A stretch of DNA of 63,841 nucleotides from Planctomycetia bacterium (lineage in GTDB: Bacteria; Planctomycetota; Planctomycetia; Pirellulales; UBA1268). The position numbers and the translations under genes were made by a program. The notes beneath the pieces are model-generated. The model saw nothing but the letters and a program-made list of their open reading frames with translations, was not told the DNA's origin and ran no database searches. The DNA is taken from NCBI GenBank assembly GCA_046074725.1, contig JBJTOU010000038.1, positions 1 to 63,841 on the forward strand, written 5' to 3'. How positions within the stretch are numbered: the first letter of the stretch is position 1; every line of letters starts with the position of its first letter. This document shows, piece by piece, positions 20,444 through 29,900 of the stretch.

Positions 20444-21085
20444 CTACTCGCGGGGCATCAGGTCGGGCCATGCCGTGACGAGCTTCGATTTCGGGGGCAG
20501 TTCCAGTGGTGTGCCCGGCACGAGCGAGACCCGTGGGTTGATCGACTTGTTCCACGCGAAGAGCGCCCTGTAGAGGCGGCCATCACCATAGATCCGTTCC
20601 GCCAGCGACCACCAGGAATCGCCGGTGGCGGCGACGTGCCTGGTGACGTCGTGGAGGGGCGCGAGGTGCGCCGTCGGCATCACCGGCGACGATGCGATCG
20701 CGCGACCAGGAGGCACGACGCGGGACCGGAACGCCACGGGCGCGGCGGCGAGATCAGCCGGCCCCGCCGGCTCCTCGTGTCGAATCGGGACAGCCTCTTC
20801 GACGGCCATGCCGTCGAGTGGCATCGGCTCGGCAATCTGGCGGGAGGCAAAGGGGTCTTGTTGCGGCGCCGACGGCCCATCCGCGACCACCGACGTGCTC
20901 GGCGGAGGATCGAGCGACGGCGGCTCGACGATCTCGGACGGAGTTGCGATCGCCGCGCGATCGTGGATGTCGGGGCCCGCGCCGGCAGGCGGGCGTGGCG
21001 AGAGCAATTTGACCGACAGCACGCCCACGAACGCCCCGGCGAGCAGGCCGAGGATGGCCAGCAGGATGTGCGCTTCGCGTCCCAT
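20444..21085 (-). CDS. Membrane-anchored LysM-domain protein
   Basis: N-terminal TM, Pro/Ala-rich linker, C-terminal HVAATGDSWWSLAERIYGDG..Y..LF..N...L.PGT.L.LP. Confidence 0.8.
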   Translation of the reverse strand: MGREAHILLAILGLLAGAFVGVLSVKLLSPRPPAGAGPDIHDRAAIATPSEIVEPPSLDPPPSTSVVADGPSAPQQDPFASRQIAEPMPLDGMAVEEAVPIRHEEPAGPADLAAAPVAFRSRVVPPGRAIASSPVMPTAHLAPLHDVTRHVAATGDSWWSLAERIYGDGRLYRALFAWNKSINPRVSLVPGTPLELPPKSKLVTAWPDLMPRE

Positions 21086-21175
21086 GCGTCGTCGGTGAAC
21101 GCCTCGAGCGGGGGGATGGATGGGGCGGGATTGTGATGAAATCGAGGGGCCGCCGCCAGATCGGTCCGGGCCGCG

Positions 21176-22066
21176 TCAACCGCCGATTGTGCGTGCGGCC
21201 CGCAGTTTCGCAGACCTGCTTCGCGGATTTCGGAGCAGCTCCTCCGCGGAGGCCTCGACCGGTGATTTCGTCAGGCATTCCCAGACCTGGCCATTGCGAA
21301 ACGCCTCCTTGACCAGCCGATCCTCGAGTGAGTGAAACGAGATCACGACGCATCGACCACCCGGCACCAGTCGCGTGGGAATCCGTTCCAAGGCGATCTT
21401 CAGCGATTTCAGTTCTTGGTTCACCGCGATCCGCAGAGCTTGGAAGGTGCGGGTGGCCGGGTGGATCCGCGGCGGCGGCGTCTGCCGTGGAATCGCCGAG
21501 GCGACGAGCCGGGCAAAGTCGCGGGCCGATTTGATCGGCTGCTTCTCGCGAACCGCAGCGATCTTCCGGGCGATCCGCCGGCTGTATCGCTCCTCGCCAA
21601 ACTCGTAGATGATGTCGGCGAGGCTTTCCGCCCTCATCCGGTTCACGAGCCTCCATGCCGGCTCCCCTTCGGTCGGGTCGAACCGCAGATCGAGCGGCCC
21701 CTCGGAATCGAACGAGAATCCGCGGGCAACGTCGGCCAGTTGGTCGCTGGAGAGGCCGACGTCGAGCAACACGGCATCGACCGATTCGATGGCCAGTGCA
21801 TCGAGCACCTCCGGCATGTCGCAGTAGTTGGCCTGCGCGAACCGCACGGGCATGCCGGCCAGTTCCATCGCGCCGCGTGCGATCGCCTCGGGATCACGGT
21901 CGATCGCGATGACGAGGCCGCCGGGCCCGACGGCCTCGGCCAGGAACCTCGTGTGGCCGCCGCCGCCGAGCGTGCCATCCACGACCCGCATCCCCGGCGC
22001 GACGGCGAGGAACGACATCACCTCGGCCGGAAGGACGCTCGTATGGACGCTCGCCGTGCGCTGCAT
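21176..22066 (-). CDS. rsmH: 16S rRNA m4C1402 methyltransferase
   Basis: HTSVL, DGTLGGGGH, LDVGLSS.QL...RGFSF, TFQALRIAVN, SFHSLEDR and NPRSRSAKLR. Confidence 0.97.
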   Translation of the reverse strand: MQRTASVHTSVLPAEVMSFLAVAPGMRVVDGTLGGGGHTRFLAEAVGPGGLVIAIDRDPEAIARGAMELAGMPVRFAQANYCDMPEVLDALAIESVDAVLLDVGLSSDQLADVARGFSFDSEGPLDLRFDPTEGEPAWRLVNRMRAESLADIIYEFGEERYSRRIARKIAAVREKQPIKSARDFARLVASAIPRQTPPPRIHPATRTFQALRIAVNQELKSLKIALERIPTRLVPGGRCVVISFHSLEDRLVKEAFRNGQVWECLTKSPVEASAEELLRNPRSRSAKLRAARTIGG

Positions 22067-22112
22067 GTCCACACCGTACCACGAAGGAGGACAGCAGTCA
22101 GGCACCCTGGAG

Positions 22113-22140
22113 GCTCCAGCGGTGCTGGCACCGCTGGAGC
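22113..22140. terminator. Perfect 13-bp hairpin just downstream of the DUF1571 gene, without a U-tract
   Basis: GCTCCAGCGGTGC-TG-GCACCGCTGGAGC, 12 nt after the stop on the minus strand. Confidence 0.5.
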
Positions 22141-22151
22141 GCACGCGGCGC

Positions 22152-23051
22152 TCACTTCGCCCCGAACTTGTAGGACGGGTTCTTGGGATCGAAGTCGGCG
22201 TCGGTGAAGCCCTGGTTGGTCTTCACGTTCATGTAGGTGTATTCCTCCATGAGCACCGGCTGCCCGCCATTCTCGTGGGGCCAGTCATAGGCCTCGTAGC
22301 GGATCGGGATCAGCAGTTCGTCGTCGATGAAGACGCGCGCCAGGTGGAAGCGGAAGTTCCGTCGTGGCGTTGGATGCATCACCTGCACGCATGTGCAAAT
22401 CCGCCCGTTCACTTTGGCGTTCGGAAAGAAATTGACCTCGCACTCGCCGAACTGCTTGTCATGCTCGGCGACCTCGACGAGCCGCTTGGCGAGGTTTTCG
22501 ACGCCAAACTCCGTGATCGGATAGCGATTGCCCGTCATCGCCAGCGCGCTTTGCGGCTTGAGCGACACCGTGCCCACCATCGCCCGCACGCCGCTGCCGG
22601 CATGGGCGAGCATGTTGCTGTCGTTCTTGCCATCGACGTAGATCACCTCCTGGCCCTTCACATCCGCTGGGCCGAGGAAGAAGAGGTAGACGCTGAATGG
22701 CTGCTGACGCACCTTCGCGAACATGTACTGATGCTCGCCGAGTTTGCCGTCGATCCGCTCCCGCTTCACCATGGTGCAGGAGTAGTCTTTGATGTTCGTC
22801 TGGATCGAGGCGAGCCCCTTGGCAGCCAACTGGAGGGCCGGTTCCAGCGGATGCGCTCCGGCCGCGGCTGCGCCGGCGGCATCGGCATCGGCGTTCATCA
22901 TGGATGCGTCGCCGGCCGGGATCAGACCGGGACCCTGCGGCGGTGCGACAGCCCCGGGCTGCTCGGCCGTGGCGGAGAGGCAGAACACCAGCACGATCAT
23001 TGCCGGAAGCACCGTTCTCCGGAAGTAATCCGGACATTTCTTGCCGATCAT
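22152..23051 (-). CDS. DUF1571-family exported protein
   Basis: Signal-like N-terminus; IKDYSCTMVKRERIDGKL, PFSVYL, GQEVIYV.G.N, RYPITEFG and EEYTY..V..N.G..D.DFD..N..Y.F; the 703-aa ORF extension upstream is not credible. Confidence 0.8.
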   Translation of the reverse strand: MIGKKCPDYFRRTVLPAMIVLVFCLSATAEQPGAVAPPQGPGLIPAGDASMMNADADAAGAAAAGAHPLEPALQLAAKGLASIQTNIKDYSCTMVKRERIDGKLGEHQYMFAKVRQQPFSVYLFFLGPADVKGQEVIYVDGKNDSNMLAHAGSGVRAMVGTVSLKPQSALAMTGNRYPITEFGVENLAKRLVEVAEHDKQFGECEVNFFPNAKVNGRICTCVQVMHPTPRRNFRFHLARVFIDDELLIPIRYEAYDWPHENGGQPVLMEEYTYMNVKTNQGFTDADFDPKNPSYKFGAK

Positions 23052-23405
23052 CTCACCCTCCATGACTCCACACAGCGGAATGGTCGAGCCGAGGCGGACA
23101 TCCATGCCGCCACCGCGAACTCGACGAAACCCGCACCCGTTGAAAGCCGTCCTCGACACTTCAAGATCGCTCACTCCGCCCACGGCCATGAGGAACATTC
23201 CGTCCGCCGTCATGTTCCTCAGAGCCGCGCCACTTTTGCATACGGCTGGGCGGCTTTCGGGCGGTCGGGAGTCTAGCGGCGGTCCGACCGGGCGGCCATG
23301 CCAGCTTTCGCGGCTAATCCGGCCAAAATCCATCCCGCTTGCCACCCCACGCCGGTGCAACCATGCTCGGGGTCGTGCCCGAGTTTCGCCATTCAGATCC
23401 TTCCG

Positions 23406-24107
23406 ATGGCCCGTACCGATCAGATCGAAACCCACGCGGGCCTCCGGGTCATCCGCATCGAGTCGATGCCGTTCGGCGAGAACACCTACATCGTTCACCG
23501 GCCGCCAGACCGCCGTTGCCTCGTCATCGATCCCGGCTTCGAGCCCGGTGCCATCATCGAGGCTGTGGAGGCGGACAACCTGGAGCCCGAGGCGATCCTG
23601 CTCACGCATGGCCACTCCGACCACATCGCCGGCAACGCCGCCGTGCGGAAGGTCTGGCCCGGCCTTCCAATCCTCGTCGGCGCCAACGACGCCTCCAAAC
23701 TGCAGGATCCGGCCGGCAATCTGTCGGGACCTTTCGGGTTTCTCGTGCAAAGCCCGCCGGCCGACCGGCTGCTTGCAGACGGCGAGCGGCTGGAGCTCGC
23801 CGGCTTCGACATCCGGGTCGATGAGATCCCGGGGCATTCGATCGGTCATGTCGTGTTTTGCATGCTCGACGTGAGCCCGCCGGTCGTTTTTGCAGGCGAC
23901 GTTCTCTTTCGCGAGGGCATCGGCCGCACCGACTTTCCCGACGGCAGCTTCGAATCGCTCGCCTCCGGCATCATGAGCAGGCTCTACTCGTTTCCCGACG
24001 AGACGATCGTCTTCCCGGGCCACGGCGACCTCACGACCGTCGGCCACGAGCGACGATGCAATCCCTTCGTGAACGACCCCCGCGTCCACGGCGGAGGCGA
24101 TGCATGA
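23406..24107 (+). CDS. MBL-fold metallo-hydrolase (glyoxalase II / YcbL-like)
   Basis: THGHSDH, PGHSIGH, FAGDVLF..GIGRTDFP and PGHG. Confidence 0.92.
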   Translation: MARTDQIETHAGLRVIRIESMPFGENTYIVHRPPDRRCLVIDPGFEPGAIIEAVEADNLEPEAILLTHGHSDHIAGNAAVRKVWPGLPILVGANDASKLQDPAGNLSGPFGFLVQSPPADRLLADGERLELAGFDIRVDEIPGHSIGHVVFCMLDVSPPVVFAGDVLFREGIGRTDFPDGSFESLASGIMSRLYSFPDETIVFPGHGDLTTVGHERRCNPFVNDPRVHGGGDA

Positions 24108-24880
24108 CCTGCCAGGCCCCGCCGGCACCGGCCATCCGCGGGGAACGCCCCCGGCGCGGCGGCGGATTGACCGGCCCCGCCACCGCTGCGGAAGATGATC
24201 CGATGCTCTCGCCCGCGGACATCCCTGAACGCCCTTCGCCCCCGCCTTCGGAGCCGTCGGCACGGTCGCCGCTGTGCCGCATGTCGGGGCTGGCGCTGGC
24301 CGGGATGGCCCGTCTGCTGGCCGGCGCCAGCGTTCGTTGGATCGCCAGCCAGCCGGACATCTGCCAGCGGATCTATTTCGCCAACCACACCAGCCACCTC
24401 GACGCCATCGTGATCTGGTCGTCGTTGCCGCCGGCAGTCCGCGAGATCACGCGGCCGGTCGCCGCCAAGGACTACTGGTCGCGGGGCATCGTCCGCCGAT
24501 GGCTCGCCCACGACGTCTTCGACGCCCTGCTGATCGACCGCACCGACATCAAGGTCCACCAGAGTCCGGTCGATCTGATGCTCCGGGAGATCGGCACGAC
24601 GAAGTCGCTGATCGTCTTCCCCGAGGGCGGGCGAAGCATCACGGGCGAGGTGGGCGAATTCAAGAGCGGCCTCTACTACCTCGCCAAGAAGCGGCCCGAC
24701 ATCGAACTCATCCCGGTTTCCATCGACAACCTCAACCGCGTCCTGCCCCGCGGCGAGTTTCTTCCGGTGCCGCTGCTTTCGTGCATCAGTTTCGGGGCGC
24801 CGCTGTGGCTCGAGCGGGGCGAAAACAAGCTCGATTTTCTCGCCCGTGCCCGCCGGGCCGTGCTCGCGCTCAAGGAATAG
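24104..24880 (+). CDS. Lysophospholipid acyltransferase (PlsC family)
   Basis: NHTSHLD, PVAAKDYW, FPEGGRS and FKSGLY; start uncertain (24104 or about 24203). Confidence 0.88.
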   Translation: MTCQAPPAPAIRGERPRRGGGLTGPATAAEDDPMLSPADIPERPSPPPSEPSARSPLCRMSGLALAGMARLLAGASVRWIASQPDICQRIYFANHTSHLDAIVIWSSLPPAVREITRPVAAKDYWSRGIVRRWLAHDVFDALLIDRTDIKVHQSPVDLMLREIGTTKSLIVFPEGGRSITGEVGEFKSGLYYLAKKRPDIELIPVSIDNLNRVLPRGEFLPVPLLSCISFGAPLWLERGENKLDFLARARRAVLALKE

Positions 24881-24893
24881 GGGCGATCGCCGG

Positions 24894-25856
24894 ATGAACG
24901 ACCTGCGAACGATCGTGTTGGTCACCTGCGTCTTGGCGCTGCTCACGGCGGCGACCGGCGTGGGGCAGTTTCTCAAGCGGCATCCCGACCGCGGCCTCGA
25001 CCCCGCGGCGATCCGGACCTTCAACCTCCGTCTGCGGGGATGGTGGATCCTCTGCACCGTCCTCGCCGCCGCGTTTTGGCTCGGAACCACGGCAACCGTG
25101 CTTCTCTTCGGTCTCGTCTCGTTCTGGGCTCTCCGCGAGTTCATCACGCTCACGCCGACCCGCAAGGGGGACCACCGTGCGCTCTTCTGGGTGTTCTTTC
25201 TCTTCATGCCGCTCCATTACGTGCTCGTCGGCTTAAACCGCTACGACATCTTCAGCGTCTTTCTCCCCGTCTATGCCACGCTCTTCGTGCTCGCACGCGT
25301 GGCGATCGCCGGCGACTCCCGGCGGTTTCTGGAACGCACTGCCAAGATTCAGGCCGGGCTCGTTGTGTGCGTCTACTGCCTCTCGTTCGCCCCGGCCCTG
25401 TTGCAGATCCCGATCGCCGAGTCGGGGGCCGTGGGCCGCAGTGCGAATTTCCGTCTCCTCTTCTTCCTCATCCTCCTGGTGCAGTTCGCCGACTGCATGC
25501 AGTACGTCTGGAGCCGGATGCTGGGCCGCAGCCTCGTCGCGTCGGCCGTGAGCTCGAACCGCACATGGGAGGGATTGCTTGGCAGCGCGGCCAGCACCGC
25601 GCTCCTGGCGGCGGCGCTCTGGTGGGCCGCGCCCCCCTACCAGCCCTGGCAGGCTGCCTTGGCCGGGCTCGTCATCGCCGTGATGGGATTCGCGGGCGGC
25701 ATGACGATGTCGGCGATCAAGCGCGACCGCGGCGTGAAGGATTACGGCACGCTCGTGGCGGGCCACGGCGGCGTGCTCGACCGGATCGATTCGATGTGCT
25801 TCGCGGCGCCGGTCTTCTATCACATGACGCTGCTCGTGACCGGCATCAGGATGTGA
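24894..25856 (+). CDS. Phosphatidate cytidylyltransferase (CdsA/YnbB-like)
   Basis: Multiple TMs; signature SAIKRDRGVKDYGTLVAGHGGVLDRIDS. Confidence 0.9.
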   Translation: MNDLRTIVLVTCVLALLTAATGVGQFLKRHPDRGLDPAAIRTFNLRLRGWWILCTVLAAAFWLGTTATVLLFGLVSFWALREFITLTPTRKGDHRALFWVFFLFMPLHYVLVGLNRYDIFSVFLPVYATLFVLARVAIAGDSRRFLERTAKIQAGLVVCVYCLSFAPALLQIPIAESGAVGRSANFRLLFFLILLVQFADCMQYVWSRMLGRSLVASAVSSNRTWEGLLGSAASTALLAAALWWAAPPYQPWQAALAGLVIAVMGFAGGMTMSAIKRDRGVKDYGTLVAGHGGVLDRIDSMCFAAPVFYHMTLLVTGIRM

Positions 25857-25865
25857 TGCGGCTGG

Positions 25866-26807
25866 TCACCGCCGGGCGTAGACCGACTTCCGTCCGGAAA
25901 CGTTCCTCGCGGCCGGCCCTTGGGCCACGTTCACCGGCACGACCTCGGCATCCGGGCTCTGGCCACGCTGCCGCGTGGGCCCGCCGGCGAGGGCGATGGC
26001 CGATGGCGCTGGCACCGACGCGACCGAGGCGGGCGGCGCCGGGCAGCCCCGCTTCACCCATTCGAGCCAGACATGCTGCAGTCGGGCGAGATCGGTGACG
26101 CCATAGTGGCGGCCGAGGGCGCCGGGCCAGTTCTCGGTGGCCATCCCGTCGCCCACAAAAGCGACATACTTGTGGCGGCCCCCACGCTCGATCAGAAAGC
26201 GGGCCAGCGAGTAGCCCTGCGAGTAGAGCGGCAGCACGTCGGCCGGATACTCTCGCATCGCGAACATGTCGGGGAAGGCGATGCCCCGCCCCGTGGTCAG
26301 GAACTCGACCAGCAGCCGATGCTGGCGGGCCCGCTCCACGGGGTGTTCGACGGTGGTGCATGCCCCCTCGTCGGCCCAGCGCGGCAGTGGCCGACGGAAG
26401 TGCGTGGCGAAGATCGTGTGGGTGATCTCGTGCGGCAGCACGGAATCGAGGATCCGCTCCTCGCTCCCCTGGATCGTCATCGTCCAGTTGAAGACTTCCC
26501 CCTTGTCGAACACGAAACTCGTGGCGCCGCCGGCGCCGAGCTGCGGAGCCACCTGGGCCGTGATCGGGCAGGGGCGGCTCCACCGGGGCAGTGGGGCGCC
26601 GATCCATTCGATCGCCAGATCGTGGCGATACTGTTCAGCCGCCTCGCCGATCCGGCGGGCGAGTGTGTCGGATGGTGCCTCGACGACGAAGTTGGCCGTC
26701 CGGTGGCCGCCCGCAACGGCCGACGAGCAGGCGGCGAGACCGGCCAGAAAGACCGCCATCACAGGGCCGCACTGCCACCGTCGATCGATAGTCCGTCCGT
26801 GCACCAT
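25866..26807 (-). CDS. Secreted gluzincin-type zinc metallopeptidase (clan MA-like)
   Basis: Signal peptide; LPHEITH (HExxH) followed by PRWADEG (third ligand Glu) and LYSQGYSL. Confidence 0.8.
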   Translation of the reverse strand: MVHGRTIDRRWQCGPVMAVFLAGLAACSSAVAGGHRTANFVVEAPSDTLARRIGEAAEQYRHDLAIEWIGAPLPRWSRPCPITAQVAPQLGAGGATSFVFDKGEVFNWTMTIQGSEERILDSVLPHEITHTIFATHFRRPLPRWADEGACTTVEHPVERARQHRLLVEFLTTGRGIAFPDMFAMREYPADVLPLYSQGYSLARFLIERGGRHKYVAFVGDGMATENWPGALGRHYGVTDLARLQHVWLEWVKRGCPAPPASVASVPAPSAIALAGGPTRQRGQSPDAEVVPVNVAQGPAARNVSGRKSVYARR

Positions 26808-26988
26808 GCCCGGTCACCTCCGTGTGCCTGCGTCGTTCGCGTTTTCAATCCTGCCGGGTGACGGAATCGCTTCCGCCACCCGAGCCCTCGCGCACGACAC
26901 TTCGCCCCGGAACACCGTGCATGCAGGTGCCAGCCACCTGAGAGCGTTCGGACACTAGCGGCCCCTCCCTGTCGGAGCCAGACCGCTT

Positions 26989-29900
26989 TCACTGCGGCAA
27001 AACGTCGATGCGCCGCGTCGAGGGCATGTCGCGCATGACGATGTCGGCAGGCGGGGAGAACTGGGTGATCGTACTCTCGTCGGCGTCATGGCGGGCACGC
27101 CGTTCCATCACCCGCACCACGCTCCATGCCGCGCCGGCGACCAGCATCGCCACGCCCGGCCATGCCGGCTCGAGGAGATACAGCCAGGCGACTCCCGCCA
27201 CCACGGCCGCCGCCGGAATCGCCCGGAATCGACCCTGCCTCCACCAGTCGGGCCAGCGTCTCGATCCGCTCCATGCAAGGCCGACCAAGAAGACGACCAC
27301 GAGCGTCGCGACGGCCCGGCGAGTCGCGGTCGGATCGACCCTTCGACCGACGCGCACCGTGAGGCTGGGCTTCGCGGAGCCGTCGGACGACATCTCGACG
27401 AGAGCGAGGAACGTCGCTCCCCCCAGATCTGCCTCTCTCCCCGGAATCCACGCTCGTTCGACGGTCAGCGGCATTCCCTTCCGTCGCATCACCATGAACT
27501 CCTCCAAGCGTTGCCGGTCTTCGGCATCCGCCGTTTCAAGGGCTCGGGCAAAGCCGTCGGCGAGCCCTTCGAAGGCGGCCCGTCGCACGGCGGCCATGTC
27601 GTCCGCGCCCAGAACCCTCGCAGGGTCGGCGACCCGCAGCGCACCGCCATCGGGGGATACGATCGTCCAGAGCACACGGCGACACGGCATACCGACCAGC
27701 CATGGAGCATCGACCTCGACGGGACGATCATCCCCCACGCCCGGTCCAACATCCCCGGCGAACACGGCAAGCACGGACCGTGGCCACGCCGTTGCCACGA
27801 GGGGGATTTCCCATGTGCCGTCGTCACGGGGCAGCATCGCGGACTGACGGCCATCGACGAGCACCTCGAAGAGCCGCATGCCGGTGGGGAGGGCGATCCG
27901 CAGCGGCGACGACGTGGCGATCAGGTCGAATCGGACGCTGCCCCAGCATCGTCCCCGCTGGTCCAGCGTCAGCGACACGTCGGCCAGTTCGACCCGCTCG
28001 CCCGCCGCGTCATCCACGACCCCTGGAGTTGCCGCTGTCTCCTTCTCCGGGGAAGGAGCGTCGGCGACGGCCGGGGCATTTTCCGGAATCTCTCCACGCT
28101 CATACCGAAGCGCCACGTCTCCGGCGGCCAGTTCGAGCGTGCCGCCGGAGAGCCGTTCACCCACGACCGGTCGGGCCAGACCCTCGCGTTCTGAATCACT
28201 CAACGAGCCCACTACCGCGATCCCGCGGCCATCACGGCTCATCCAATCGACCACCATCGGTACGATGCCGGGAACAGCCACCTGCATCACGGCCACCGTG
28301 CCGCGGGCCGAACCCTGAGACGGAACGCGGGCCGAGGCCTCCAGCCGAAAGCGGCCCGTGCGGGGCTGTTGGGTCACCACCCGCACCTGGCCGGTCTCGA
28401 TCCGCGACCAGCACGTATCGACCCGACGGGCGGCCCCCGTTTCGATCCCGAGCCTACGATCCTCGAACAGTTCGATCCGGTCGATGATGCTCGACTCCGG
28501 CACGTCGATCGTGAACGCGGCCAGCGGGGTCGTGCTTCCGTCGATCCTCGCCTGCAGATCCATGCCGATCTGATCGGCGGTGAAATCGACCACGAGTCGC
28601 TGCGTGGCGCGAAGATCGACCGGCCGCCTTCGCACGGTGATGACCCCGCCACCAGCGGTTCGCCGCAGGGGCTCGAGGCTGTTGCCGTCCCGCGCGTCGA
28701 TGGGGGGCACCGTCTCGGTCCGCCATGCCACTGAGTGGAGCGACGACTCGGCCTCGCGCGGCGCCGCCGTTGCGTTGTCAGGGAGCCGTACATCGACGAC
28801 CAGATCCGCAGCGGGCACCAGCTGCGTGAGCCGGGAGTCGGCGATCACCCCCTCGATCCAAATGCCCGGAACGGGAAACACTCCGACGGGGGCCGGAAGC
28901 GGCCGACGACACTGCAGCCGGATGGAAAACGATCCCGCCTCAGGAGCGTGACGCTCGACGAAATACCGACCATGCCCCAAAGCCAGCACATCGACATCAG
29001 CATCATCGGCCGGCTCGCAGTGCCAGATCGTTTCGCCACCATCGCCCCCCCGCGCGGGATCGACACGAACCGTGAGCGAACGCACGATCTCGTTGGGGAG
29101 ATCGATGTCGAACCGAGCAGTCGCGCGACAGGCGTCGAGATCCCAGAAGAGGTCGTTTCGGCTCGAGGCAGCGCGCAACCCGGCCGCCAGCCGCAGCCGC
29201 GAATCGATCGGCCGCACCACCCGCACCACCGCCGCCCGCGACGTGTCGAAGTGCCCCGGCGACGGGGACTGTTCCGATGCGGAAGCCGCCGGCAGGAAGG
29301 GACCGCCCACGAGCGCCATGTCGCAGGCCGCCATGGCTCCCATCGGATCGGCGACCGTCAGCGACGCCCGCGGGGCGACCGGCACCGCCAACGTCGCCAC
29401 GTCTACCTGCCCACGACGGACGACGGCGGGCGCCACCCGGCATTCCACGCGATGACGCCCCGTGGAGCCGATCGGAATCCGCGCCACCGGATCGGCTCCG
29501 CGCAACGTCACCTGCTGACCATCCACGTGGGCGTCGAGCATGCGGGCCCCTGTTTCGCGTTGGTCGAGCACGAGGATCGTGCCGGCATCGGCATCCACGT
29601 CGACCGTCATCGTCCATGGGTCGGTCGCCATCGACGATGGCGAGGGACTGGTCGTCACCCGACACGACAGCACCCGCGCATCGGCCGGGCGCGCCGCGGC
29701 CCGGGCGAGACGACGGAAGAGCGGCTCGGGCACGAGCGCCGTCTCCCGGCCGTCGCCGGGATCGTCGGAGGGCGTGATGAAAACCCGTAGCAGATCGGGA
29801 GTGGAGTCGCCCGCCGCCTTGGCGGTGTACGACAGCAGGAGCATGGCCGCGATGCACGCAGCCGTCGTAATGCGATGGAACGAGCCGAGAAGCCCGCTGG

